Of a stretch of 64,000 bases of DNA, positions 46,195 to 54,397 are shown in pieces. Position numbers and translations under genes: made by a program. The notes under the pieces are model-generated. The model worked only from the letters and a program-made list of their open reading frames with translations, ran no database searches and had not been told where the DNA came from. Each line of letters begins with the position of its first letter. Within the stretch, counting starts at the first letter, position 1. This stretch comes from a virus, in IMG/VR virus record IMGVR_UViG_3300046648_000324, positions 6,401-70,400 of that record. One strand, given 5' to 3'.

Positions 46195-47760
46195 ATGAGC
46201 GATGGGGAACGCAGTGGCCGTGTCTATTGGAGTGAGGAAGAATACCTGGCATTGGCGCGGGCGCTGATTGGCCAGGTCGCGGAGTTTGCCAATGCGCGCA
46301 CCGAGCATGATTTGAACGCGCTGGGGCTGGGGATGTCGCTGTTCAAGAGTACGATGGAGCAGGCGTTGGCGCCGGAACGCCGGCGCGACCTGCGCCACCT
46401 GCGCGGGGTGCGCGCGCCGCTGGTGGCGGCATTTGGCGCGCTGCGCGGCGAGCGCGCGATGACCCCGCGCAAGGTGGCGGTGGCGGTGTCCAAGCCGCCG
46501 GCCGAGCCGGTGCACTGGACCGAGCGCGAATGGGAGCAGTTTGCCACCAAGGTCGCCGCGCTGCAGCCGGAGCTGGACCGCACCACGCTGGCCGGCCTGT
46601 CGCTGCGCGCGCTCAACGCGGCCGGGGCCGCGATGGGGCGCCGCCGCGAGTTCCGCGCGCTCGGGCTGGCCAGGAAGGGGCTGCTGCCGGCGTTCGCGCG
46701 GCTGGCGGCGCCGGCGCGCTTCCAGCGGGCGCCGGCGCCGGCAGAACCGGTGCTGTATGTCAAGCCGGAAGCCCCGGCAGCTGAAGCGGAGGAAGCGGCG
46801 GCACCGGAAGCGGGGCCGGACGCGGCGCCAGGCGCGCCGGCCGCCGACGCCAAGCCGAACCTGTGGGCGCGCATCACCTGGAGCCGCGACGAGTGGCTGG
46901 TCGTGGCGGCCGAGCTGCACCGGATGTTCCCGGCCCAGAACTACCCGGCGCGCGAACAGCTGGTCGGGATCAACAGCCAGGACGTGGCGTTCGCCCAGCG
47001 CGTGCTGCCGCTGGCGCGCCAGCGGCGGGCGCTGAAGCTGGTGTCGATGACCCAGATGCGGCCGCAGCTGCAGCAGGCATTCCGCACGCTGGCGGCGCAC
47101 CTGGCGGCCGACGCCGCCCATGCGGCCGAGGCGGCGGCAGCGCCGGCCCCGCCGGTGGCAGGGGCAGCGCCGGCGCCGGCGGCCGAAGCGGCGCCCGCCG
47201 CATTCCCAACCTATATTCCCAGCGAGCCGGGCGCCGCGCCCGACCCGTACCGGGCCGCGTTCGCGCCGCTGGTGGCGCTGCTGGCGGGCGCGGTCGGCGA
47301 CCAGGTGGTCGACCGGTTGAAACCGCTGATTACCCAGCTGCTGGCCGAGGCGCTGGGGGCGCCGGCCGCTGGTGCACTGGGCGCGGGGCAGGCGACGCTG
47401 GCGCCGGCCAGCCTGGCGGCGAGCGCGGTGGCCGGGCCGGCGCCCGCGCCCGAACGGCGCGCGGCGCCCAGGAAGCCGAGCGTCGGCGTGTTCACCAACC
47501 GGCTCGACCCGTGGCGCCAGGAATTGCCGGTGGCGTTCCCGGGGATCGAGTTCACCGTGATCGACACCCCCAAGAAGATCGACGCCATCGCCCGCTGCGA
47601 CAAGGTGGTGGCGATGACCCGCTTCGTCGGCCATGCCGGTTTCGACAAGGCCAAGCGCGCCGGCGGCGAGCGGTTCGTGCCGTGCGACGGCGCCATGACC
47701 GAACTGAAGCGCCTGATCGGGCTTTTGGTGACCAGCGGCGCGCTGGCGGCGGCGGCTTAG
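46195..47760 (+). CDS. Counter-oriented moron-like gene: three W[ST]xxE[WY] helical repeats plus a C-terminal DUF2325-like domain
   Basis: 'VYWSEEEY', 'VHWTEREW', 'ITWSRDEW'; C-terminal 'CDKVVAMTRFVGH...GAMTEL'; has its own promoter. Confidence 0.65.
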   Translation: MSDGERSGRVYWSEEEYLALARALIGQVAEFANARTEHDLNALGLGMSLFKSTMEQALAPERRRDLRHLRGVRAPLVAAFGALRGERAMTPRKVAVAVSKPPAEPVHWTEREWEQFATKVAALQPELDRTTLAGLSLRALNAAGAAMGRRREFRALGLARKGLLPAFARLAAPARFQRAPAPAEPVLYVKPEAPAAEAEEAAAPEAGPDAAPGAPAADAKPNLWARITWSRDEWLVVAAELHRMFPAQNYPAREQLVGINSQDVAFAQRVLPLARQRRALKLVSMTQMRPQLQQAFRTLAAHLAADAAHAAEAAAAPAPPVAGAAPAPAAEAAPAAFPTYIPSEPGAAPDPYRAAFAPLVALLAGAVGDQVVDRLKPLITQLLAEALGAPAAGALGAGQATLAPASLAASAVAGPAPAPERRAAPRKPSVGVFTNRLDPWRQELPVAFPGIEFTVIDTPKKIDAIARCDKVVAMTRFVGHAGFDKAKRAGGERFVPCDGAMTELKRLIGLLVTSGALAAAA

Positions 47761-47788
47761 CGTCGGCCTAGCGGGTCTAGTGTCGGTC

Positions 47789-48577
47789 CTAGTGCCGGGT
47801 GACCGGTGCGCACGTCTCGGCGTAGCGCGCCAGCTGGGCGCGCAGGAACGCCAGCAGCAGCTCCTGGGTCGGGTAGCTGGCCTTGATCATGTCCAGCAGC
47901 GCGGCCTGGGCCTCGGCGGTGGGGGTGGCCCCGAGCCGGGCGAAGCCGTCGCGCATCGCCGCCAGCAGGTCGTCATGGGTGACGCTGCCGTCGTTGATGC
48001 GGCGCGCAAAGTCGGGGTTCAGGAACGTCATGCCGGTGGCGCCGAAGTCGTCCGAGACGGGGGCGCCGGGGGCGGCCAGGAAGCCGGTGTAGCGGCCGCG
48101 GGTTGCCGTGTCCGGACTGAGCGCCGTGTACACGACCGGGCCCAGGGTGCGGCTGCGCGCCTTGCGCTCGATCGGGGCCTGGCCCGACCAGGTGCCGGCG
48201 CGGGTCTCGACCGACAGCGACACGATCTCGGTGTGGCCGGGGTAGGCCGCCAGCGAACCGTACTGGTCGAGGATCGCCTCGTAGCGCGGCAGGTCGGCCG
48301 GGGTCAGCGACCAGGCCTCCGACAGCAGGATCACGACGTCGGCGGCGGCCGCCTGCGCGACCTGGCGCACCAGCGCGGCCGAGGCGTCCTTGGCGGCGTC
48401 GTCCTCCTGGTCCAGGATCACGGTGTCATAGGTCTTGTCGCGCGTGTTGAGCACGAACGCGGTGCCGGTCAGCTCCTCGTTATCTAGCAGCTTGCTGCGC
48501 GCCTGGCGCAGCAGGTTGTCGCAAAATTTATTCAGCTCGGCCGGCATGGCCGGCGCACTGGTGGTGTCGCTCATCAT
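47789..48577 (-). CDS. Hypothetical protein (paralogue of 45608-46093 with a C-terminal extension)
   Basis: GAGGAG RBS; shared SEAWSL/DQYGS/TRAG motifs. Confidence 0.7.
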   Translation of the reverse strand: MMSDTTSAPAMPAELNKFCDNLLRQARSKLLDNEELTGTAFVLNTRDKTYDTVILDQEDDAAKDASAALVRQVAQAAAADVVILLSEAWSLTPADLPRYEAILDQYGSLAAYPGHTEIVSLSVETRAGTWSGQAPIERKARSRTLGPVVYTALSPDTATRGRYTGFLAAPGAPVSDDFGATGMTFLNPDFARRINDGSVTHDDLLAAMRDGFARLGATPTAEAQAALLDMIKASYPTQELLLAFLRAQLARYAETCAPVTRH

Positions 48578-48647
48578 GGTTCTCCTCGGGGGTTGGCGGC
48601 GCCGCTGCCGGCGCGCCGCGATGATAGCGCATCCCCGCCGGCGGGGG

Positions 48648-49796
48648 CTAGATCACGATGCGCAAGGTCTCGCCCCAGGGCGCGACCTTGGCGTTGGTGC
48701 TGCACCACAGCACCGGGTACGGCGGCGGCGCGAACCCGAGCGGCCCTTCGAGGTCGGTCAGGTACACCAGCGCCGCCGGCGCCGGTTCGCCCTGCTCCTC
48801 GCGCGCCGCGACCCAGTCGAACACCGGGGCGAACGCGGTGCCGCCGCCGCCCTTGGCGCGGAAGTGGAACGGCATGCCGGGCTCGATGAGGTCGACGCGG
48901 CGCACCGCGCAATCGCAGTAGAGCACGCGCACCCGGCGCGGGCGCACCTCGGCCACGATCGCCTCGAGCTCGGCCGCCATGGCGTCCAGGGTCGGCCGGT
49001 CCCACATCGAGCCGGAGGTGTCGACCGCGACGTCGAGCGCACCCAGCGCCTCCGTGTGCAGGCTGGGCAGGTACAGGCCGTGCACCAGCATCCGCTTGTT
49101 GGGCCGGGTCCAGCTGTAGTCCTCGGCGCAGCGCTCGGTGGCGAAGCGGCGCAGCAGGGTGCGCCAGTCGACCTGCGGGTCCTTGACCTGCTCGGCCAGC
49201 GCCTCCAGGTGGCTGGGCAGCTTGCCGGCCGCCTTCGCCGCGCTGGCGGCCTGGATCGTCGCCACGGTCCACTCGCGCGCCAGCACCGCGCGCGCGGCGG
49301 CGTCGGCCGCGCCGCCGCCGGGCGTGGGCGGCGCGCGCAGCTCGTCGAGCGCGCCGCCGTCGGCGCCGGGGCCGGGCGCGCCGCCCTGGGGCGGGTCGTC
49401 GGGCAGCAGCGTGTAGATGTGCTCGGCGCTCATGCCGGCGTAGCGTGCATCGCACAGCCAGCCGTCGATCGGGCTGAAGCCGGACGCGGCCAAGAGCAGG
49501 TTGGCGGCGTGGTCGGCGGCGCGGCCCCAGCGCGCCGGCGCGCGCCCGCCGCAGCGCCCGATGTGGTCGAGCACGCAGTGCATGACCTCGTGCGCCACCA
49601 GGGTCAGGCGCTGCGGCGCTGGCAGCCCCAGCAGGAAGGCCGGGTTGTAGAACAGGGTGCGGCCGTCGACCGCGGCGGTCGGGATCCGTTCGTCCTCGGC
49701 CAGCGCCAGGCGCAGCGCCAGGGTGCCGAAGAACGGCTGGTCCAGGATCAGCACGGCGCGGGCGCGGGTCAGCGCCTGGCGGGCTTGCTCATTCAT
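48648..49796 (-). CDS. DUF2201-like metallopeptidase plus vWA-like protein
   Basis: 'PTAAVDG..LFYNP.F', 'HEVMH' (HExxH), MIDAS 'DTSGS', 'GGGGT.F.PVF', 'YLTD'. Confidence 0.88.
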   Translation of the reverse strand: MNEQARQALTRARAVLILDQPFFGTLALRLALAEDERIPTAAVDGRTLFYNPAFLLGLPAPQRLTLVAHEVMHCVLDHIGRCGGRAPARWGRAADHAANLLLAASGFSPIDGWLCDARYAGMSAEHIYTLLPDDPPQGGAPGPGADGGALDELRAPPTPGGGAADAAARAVLAREWTVATIQAASAAKAAGKLPSHLEALAEQVKDPQVDWRTLLRRFATERCAEDYSWTRPNKRMLVHGLYLPSLHTEALGALDVAVDTSGSMWDRPTLDAMAAELEAIVAEVRPRRVRVLYCDCAVRRVDLIEPGMPFHFRAKGGGGTAFAPVFDWVAAREEQGEPAPAALVYLTDLEGPLGFAPPPYPVLWCSTNAKVAPWGETLRIVI

Positions 49797-49989
49797 CGCG
49801 GGTCTCCTTGTCGGTCAGGTCGTCGATCAGCTGGTTGAGCGCGGCGCGCGCGGCAAAATGGCCGCGCAGCGTGGCGGCCAGCGTTTCGCCGGGCGCGCCC
49901 TTGCCGGCCCGGTTCAGGTGGTAGCGCACGGCGCGGGTGCGCGCGACCCCGATCAGCGCCTTGAGCTCGTTCGCCTGGGCCTGGTTCAT
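49789..49989 (-). CDS. Hypothetical protein
   Basis: AAGGAG RBS; MNQAQANELK... Confidence 0.55.
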   Translation of the reverse strand: MNQAQANELKALIGVARTRAVRYHLNRAGKGAPGETLAATLRGHFAARAALNQLIDDLTDKETRDE

Positions 49990-50549
49990 GGCGGGTCTCC
50001 TTCGACGCTGGTGTGGGAATACACGATCTCGGTGCCGTTGACGCGCACATTGTGAATCTTGTTGGCGACCATGAACGCGATCGCCCTGGCGCTGGCCTCG
50101 GAGACCACGCAGGTGGCACAGGTCACGCTGGCGCCGTCCCAGGCGACGTCGTGGCCCCAGATTTGGTAGTGCGCGATGCGGCGCGGCGCCGGATCGAGCT
50201 GGGCGCCGCGCACGGTGCCGCTCCAGCCGCAGGCGGCGCACAGACAGGGGTCGTCGTCGTCCCACTCGTGGCTGCCGTTGTCGCTGGCGTCGGCGTCGGT
50301 GCCGTCCGCCGTCAGCCGCACCCAGACGTGGGCGTTGACGTCGAGCTGGTCGCTGCGGCGGCAGTGCGGACAGGCCATCTCCCAGGTGGCGGCGACAGCG
50401 CGGCTGGCCGCCGGTGGCGGGTCGGCGTCCTCGGAACGGTAGGGTGTGATTTCCTTGCCACACACCGGACAGTCGTCGTCGCATTCGGCGTTCCAGACGT
50501 CGGTCCATTCCTTGCCGCAGTGGCGGTAGTAGTTGCGGAACCAGTTCAT
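49986..50549 (-). CDS. Multi-Zn-ribbon protein
   Basis: 'HCGKEWTDVW..ECDDDCPVCG', 'CPHC...CAACGW'. Confidence 0.7.
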   Translation of the reverse strand: MNWFRNYYRHCGKEWTDVWNAECDDDCPVCGKEITPYRSEDADPPPAASRAVAATWEMACPHCRRSDQLDVNAHVWVRLTADGTDADASDNGSHEWDDDDPCLCAACGWSGTVRGAQLDPAPRRIAHYQIWGHDVAWDGASVTCATCVVSEASARAIAFMVANKIHNVRVNGTEIVYSHTSVEGDPP

Positions 50550-50761
50550 GTCAGGCTCCAGCCGCCGGCCACCTGGCCGTTGATGTCGTGCACGGTCTGC
50601 ACGACCTGGGCGACGCCGGCATAGCTGTCGTGCCCGTAGTCGAGCTGGTCGGCGATGGCCTGCAGGATGCGCGCGACCTCGTTGAGCTGGTCGTGGGCGT
50701 TGCCGCCGCTGATGGTAAATTCGGTGCGGAACGTGGTGCTGCGGAACGTGGTGCTGGTCAT
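50546..50761 (-). CDS. Small conserved phage protein (paralogue of 29598-29792)
   Basis: GGAGG RBS; 'EVARILQAIA...HDINGQVAGGW'. Confidence 0.65.
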   Translation of the reverse strand: MTSTTFRSTTFRTEFTISGGNAHDQLNEVARILQAIADQLDYGHDSYAGVAQVVQTVHDINGQVAGGWSLT

Positions 50762-50849
50762 GGGTCCTCCGGGGAAAAAGGCGATTGTGTGGCGGCCGGG
50801 GTTCTGGCACAATGACCGGACCGTTCCTCACAAGTTCCGGTATTGTCCC

Positions 50850-50878
50850 AGCCCCGCGCACCCCGCGGGGCTTTTTTT
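50850..50878 (+). terminator. Intrinsic terminator oriented against the local genes
   Basis: AGCCCCGCG-CACCC-CGCGGGGCT plus T-run on the + strand. Confidence 0.7.
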
Positions 50879-51614
50879 ACGCCGGCTGCGGCCTGACCAC
50901 CCCGGCTGCCTGGTACAGCGCGGCGCGGTTCTGGGCCAGGTAGGTTTTCAGCGCGTCGGGATAGATCGCCGGCAGCGCCACGCCCAGGCCATGCAGCCTG
51001 CGGCGCAGCTCGCCGCGCTGCATGGTCAGCGGGATCGCGGCCAGCACGCTGGTCGTGTCGGCGTGCAGGGCGGCGATGAAGTGGGCCGGGCTGCGCGCGT
51101 GCTGCGGCGGGCGCGGCAGGTTGTCGAGGGTGAAGCCGGCCACCCGCAGGTAGCCCTGCACCTGCACGGTCTTGCTCTTGATCAGGGCCAGCAGCGCGTC
51201 GCGCGCGGTGGCATCGACCGCCAGCGCGGCGGCCGGCGCCACGGCGCCCAGTACCGCGCCGCTGGCCAGGTCGGCCTGCAGCCCGGGTGCGTAGGGCCAG
51301 CTCTGGCCGCCCAGCCAGAACAGCAGGCGCGCGATGGTGCCGCGGTGGTTGGCGATCGCGCCCAGCCCCAGCTGGCCGAACACCACGTTGGCGCCCTGGT
51401 CGGCTTCGGTCAGGCAGTAGGTGGCGTGGTTGTCGGGCGTGACCCGCACCGCCAGCCAGCCGTCGCAGCCGCTGCACCTGAGGCGGGCGGGCCAGGCGCC
51501 CAGCGACAGCTCGAGCGCGCCGCCGGGGCACAGCTGCAGCAGCGCGCCACGGCCGGGGCACGGGCGCGGGTCGGTGCGCGCCAGCGCGCACAGGTTGGCG
51601 TAGACGTCCATCAC
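50877..51614 (-). CDS. Hypothetical protein
   Basis: 245 aa coupled ORF. Confidence 0.6.
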   Translation of the reverse strand: MMDVYANLCALARTDPRPCPGRGALLQLCPGGALELSLGAWPARLRCSGCDGWLAVRVTPDNHATYCLTEADQGANVVFGQLGLGAIANHRGTIARLLFWLGGQSWPYAPGLQADLASGAVLGAVAPAAALAVDATARDALLALIKSKTVQVQGYLRVAGFTLDNLPRPPQHARSPAHFIAALHADTTSVLAAIPLTMQRGELRRRLHGLGVALPAIYPDALKTYLAQNRAALYQAAGVVRPQPA

Positions 51615-51811
51615 AGTTCCTGCACGCTGGGGGCGATCACGACGATGTAGGCGTCGGTGTGCTTGGTCAGCCAGCGCCGCGTCATCAGGCGGCGCGGCAG
51701 GTCGAGCAGGTTGTCGTGCAGGATCCGGGCGGTGCCGGCTTCGGCCTCGGCATCGGGTTCGTTGGTCTCGTAGGTGACGTCCAGCACCAGGCGGAAAGTC
51801 TTGCGGCTCAT
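51611..51811 (-). CDS. Hypothetical protein
   Basis: AAGGAG RBS. Confidence 0.6.
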   Translation of the reverse strand: MSRKTFRLVLDVTYETNEPDAEAEAGTARILHDNLLDLPRRLMTRRWLTKHTDAYIVVIAPSVQEL

Positions 51812-51821
51812 GATGGCTCCT

Positions 51822-52013
51822 TTACAGGCGTTTGAAAAAGGCAGCGTCGGTGGTGCTGCACACCAGCTCGCTGTGGTGGCGCCCCCAGCGCGGGCCGAGC
51901 GCGGCCAGCACCTCGGCTTCGGCCGCGTCGGGATCGGCTGCGGTCAGCAGGTAGCGGTCGTACTGGTTGTCGATGAAGTGGTAGACCACGACGTAATAGA
52001 CCCAACGGTTCAT
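51822..52013 (-). CDS. Hypothetical protein
   Basis: GAGG RBS, coupled. Confidence 0.55.
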   Translation of the reverse strand: MNRWVYYVVVYHFIDNQYDRYLLTAADPDAAEAEVLAALGPRWGRHHSELVCSTTDAAFFKRL

Positions 52014-52333
52014 GATGTCATCCTCAGGGTGAGTACCGCCAGGTACAGGGTGCGCGCCAGCGGCAGCAGTGGCGGCTCGGCGGTGGCGTGGCGCTCGATA
52101 TAGGCGATCCAGCGCAGGCGGCGGGCGTCATCCCATTTCAGGAAGCGCTGGTAGTTGGCGCGCCAGGCGCGCCAGTGTTCGCCCTGCGCCAGGTCGCGCA
52201 GCGCGGCCAGGTACAGGTCCAGGCGCGGGTCGGGCGGCGGCCGGGTGTCCGGCGGCGCCAGGTCCGGGCGCAGCGGGCTCGGGTCGGGCCCGCGCAGGCG
52301 CTGCGCGGCCCATGGCGGCAGGGGCTTGGTCAT
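52010..52333 (-). CDS. Hypothetical protein
   Basis: AAGGAG RBS. Confidence 0.6.
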   Translation of the reverse strand: MTKPLPPWAAQRLRGPDPSPLRPDLAPPDTRPPPDPRLDLYLAALRDLAQGEHWRAWRANYQRFLKWDDARRLRWIAYIERHATAEPPLLPLARTLYLAVLTLRMTS

Positions 52334-52352
52334 GCAAGGGCTCCTTGGCTGG

Positions 52353-53192
52353 TTATGCGTGCGGCGCGATGCGCAGCAGGTAGTCGGTGGCGCGTTCCAG
52401 GGTCTCGGCGCGCAGCGCGGGATCGCGGCGCAGGTCGGCCGGCGTCACGCGCGCGGCCAGGAAGCGCGCGATGTCGGCGCACAGCGTGTCGAGCGCGGCG
52501 TCGTCCATCACGTTGAGCTTGGGCAGCAGCTCGACCAGCTCGGCCAGGTTGCCGACCAGGCTGTCGCGGAAGATCGGCTTGTCCTTGGCCATCGCCGCCG
52601 CCAGGTGGCCGACCGTCTCCTGCAGCCGCAGCCAGCACTCGCGCCCGGCCGCGGCCTGGCGCTCCTTGACCGTGTCGAGGATGCTGTCGCGGATCTCGTC
52701 GACCGCGGCCGCGGTCAGGTCGACCCGGAAGTCGGCGGCGTCGGGCACCGGCAGGAAGTCGACCTGGACCGCGAAGCGGCCGCTGATCTCGGCTGGCTGC
52801 GGGTAGTCGCGCGGGTCGTACATCGTGCCCAGGTGGCTCTTGGCGGCCGCCACCAGGCGCGGGTAGTCGGCCACGAAGGCGGCGGTCAGGCGCTCGGCCT
52901 CGTCGCGCAGGCCGCGCAGGGTGGCGGTGTAGTCCTGGTACTGGCGCGCCGGCAGCAGGCGGTCGCCGTTGTCGCCCCACGGCAGGGTCATGCGGTAGTG
53001 GTAGTCGCGGATCTTGCCGGCGTGTTTTGTTAATGGATCGAGCGCGGCCTTGTCGACCAAGAGCTTGCTGTAGCGCCCGGCCGCGTGGGCCTGGTGCAGC
53101 GTGTCGACCTCGTGGGTGACGGCCTTGTCGAAGCGGCGCGCGGTCCAGGAACGGATTTGCAGGTTGGCGATCATCGCCTGGTGGTGCAGCAT
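52353..53192 (-). CDS. DUF3150-like protein
   Basis: GGAGG RBS; 'WTARRFDK...KLL...TLPW...RLLP...LG.MYD..DYP'; typically found with phage AAA/vWA genes. Confidence 0.65.
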   Translation of the reverse strand: MLHHQAMIANLQIRSWTARRFDKAVTHEVDTLHQAHAAGRYSKLLVDKAALDPLTKHAGKIRDYHYRMTLPWGDNGDRLLPARQYQDYTATLRGLRDEAERLTAAFVADYPRLVAAAKSHLGTMYDPRDYPQPAEISGRFAVQVDFLPVPDAADFRVDLTAAAVDEIRDSILDTVKERQAAAGRECWLRLQETVGHLAAAMAKDKPIFRDSLVGNLAELVELLPKLNVMDDAALDTLCADIARFLAARVTPADLRRDPALRAETLERATDYLLRIAPHA

Positions 53193-53223
53193 GGTGTCCT
53201 CCAAAACGGTGGGTGGATAGGGT

Positions 53224-53265
53224 GGTACGTACCGGCGTACCGGGGTATGCGGATACCGGCTTACG
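53224..53265. repeat. Phased TAC-box array (longest dispersed copy)
   Basis: TAY at 53226, 53230, 53238, 53246, 53254 and 53262. Confidence 0.7.
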
Positions 53266-53650
53266 GCAGGCTGGTGACGTAGGCGCGGTCGAGCGCGGCC
53301 AGCAGGTCCTCGAGCTGGCCCTGGGCGGTGGCCACGCGCGCGCACGCGGTCTCCAGGCTGTCGCAGTCCTCGGCATCGGACAATTCGAGGAACAGGAACA
53401 GGAACAGGGTGTCGCCGGCGTCACGCACCTGTTGCAAGGTTTCGACGTGGGCGAATTCGCCGTTGGCGTAGGTGCCGAGCAGCACGCGCTGGCTCGGGTT
53501 GATCACGGGGGGTGTGGCGTCAGACATGGGGTCCTCCATACTTAAATGATCGTCGGGGTGGCAGTAGTCGGGCGGCGCGCTCTGGTCGATCGGCTCGAAC
53601 GCGGACGGCGCGCCGCAGAAGCGGCAGGTGTAGGGTTGCGATGACAGCAT
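53261..53650 (-). CDS. Hypothetical protein (possibly two in-frame units; internal start at 53527)
   Basis: N-terminal CRFC module; internal GGAGG-ATG; 'GDTLFLFLFLELS'. Confidence 0.6.
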   Translation of the reverse strand: MLSSQPYTCRFCGAPSAFEPIDQSAPPDYCHPDDHLSMEDPMSDATPPVINPSQRVLLGTYANGEFAHVETLQQVRDAGDTLFLFLFLELSDAEDCDSLETACARVATAQGQLEDLLAALDRAYVTSLP

Positions 53651-53660
53651 CGTCTTCTCC

Positions 53661-53882
53661 TCAGTAGCCGTCGATGTGCTTGGTGGTGAACCGTGCGCCG
53701 GCGGCGTCGAACAGGCGCAGTTCGTTGTAGTCCGGGCCGGGGTCGTTCATGCTACTGGACCACATCTCGGCCTTGGCGCAGCGCGCCAGTTCGTCGTCGG
53801 TCAGGGACACCCTGAGCAGGCGCAGGGTGAGTTGCAGCGCGGCGATCTCCGCCGCGTTGGCGGCGGTCAGTGACAGGTACAT
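53661..53882 (-). CDS. Hypothetical protein
   Basis: AAGGAG RBS; ends 'IDGY'. Confidence 0.6.
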   Translation of the reverse strand: MYLSLTAANAAEIAALQLTLRLLRVSLTDDELARCAKAEMWSSSMNDPGPDYNELRLFDAAGARFTTKHIDGY

Positions 53883-53907
53883 GGCGGTGCTCCTTCGGGG
53901 TGGATGG

Positions 53908-54177
53908 TCAGCGTGCGGTCAGGCGCAGCGTCAGCCAGGCGGCCAGCGCGCGCCGGGAATGCGGGTTGCCGCGTTCGGCGTTGCGCGCCAGGCGCGCGAT
54001 GCCGGCGGCGTCGGTGGTGTAGACGCAGCCGTCGCCGGGGCGCAGCAGCGGGTCCGCGCCGAGCAGCCAGGCGATCCTGGCGGTGTCGCCGGGGCGCGGT
54101 GCGCCGGGCGGGATGCCCAGCCAGGCGCGCAGGCCGCCGTTGATGAACGCGGCGGTGGTCATGGTGGTAGTGCGCAT
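53908..54177 (-). CDS. Hypothetical protein
   Basis: GAGGAG RBS. Confidence 0.55.
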   Translation of the reverse strand: MRTTTMTTAAFINGGLRAWLGIPPGAPRPGDTARIAWLLGADPLLRPGDGCVYTTDAAGIARLARNAERGNPHSRRALAAWLTLRLTAR

Positions 54178-54187
54178 GGTGTGCTCC

Positions 54188-54397
54188 TCAGTCGCCCAGT
54201 TTTGCCCGCTCGGCCTTGCTGTTGTAGCGCTGGCGGGTGTGATGTACCGGAAACGGCTGGTGCGCACGGCGCGACGCTTCGGCCCAGGCCACGTTGCTGT
54301 CTACGCGGTTCAGTTCAACCCACAGCGGGCGCGCACTGCGCAGGTGGCGCCCGCGGCAGGTGCCGAGGTAGCGCCCTTCGCGTACGCGCCGGCTCAC
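54188..54397 (-). CDS. Small basic hypothetical protein
   Basis: GTGA overlap with the AAA stop codon; 69 aa. Confidence 0.4.
   Translation of the reverse strand: MSRRVREGRYLGTCRGRHLRSARPLWVELNRVDSNVAWAEASRRAHQPFPVHHTRQRYNSKAERAKLGD

Noticed and set aside
47755-47795. Cluster of CTAG/TAG words at a convergent gene junction
   Set aside because: Can be explained by stop codons and short degenerate duplication; too short to support a function
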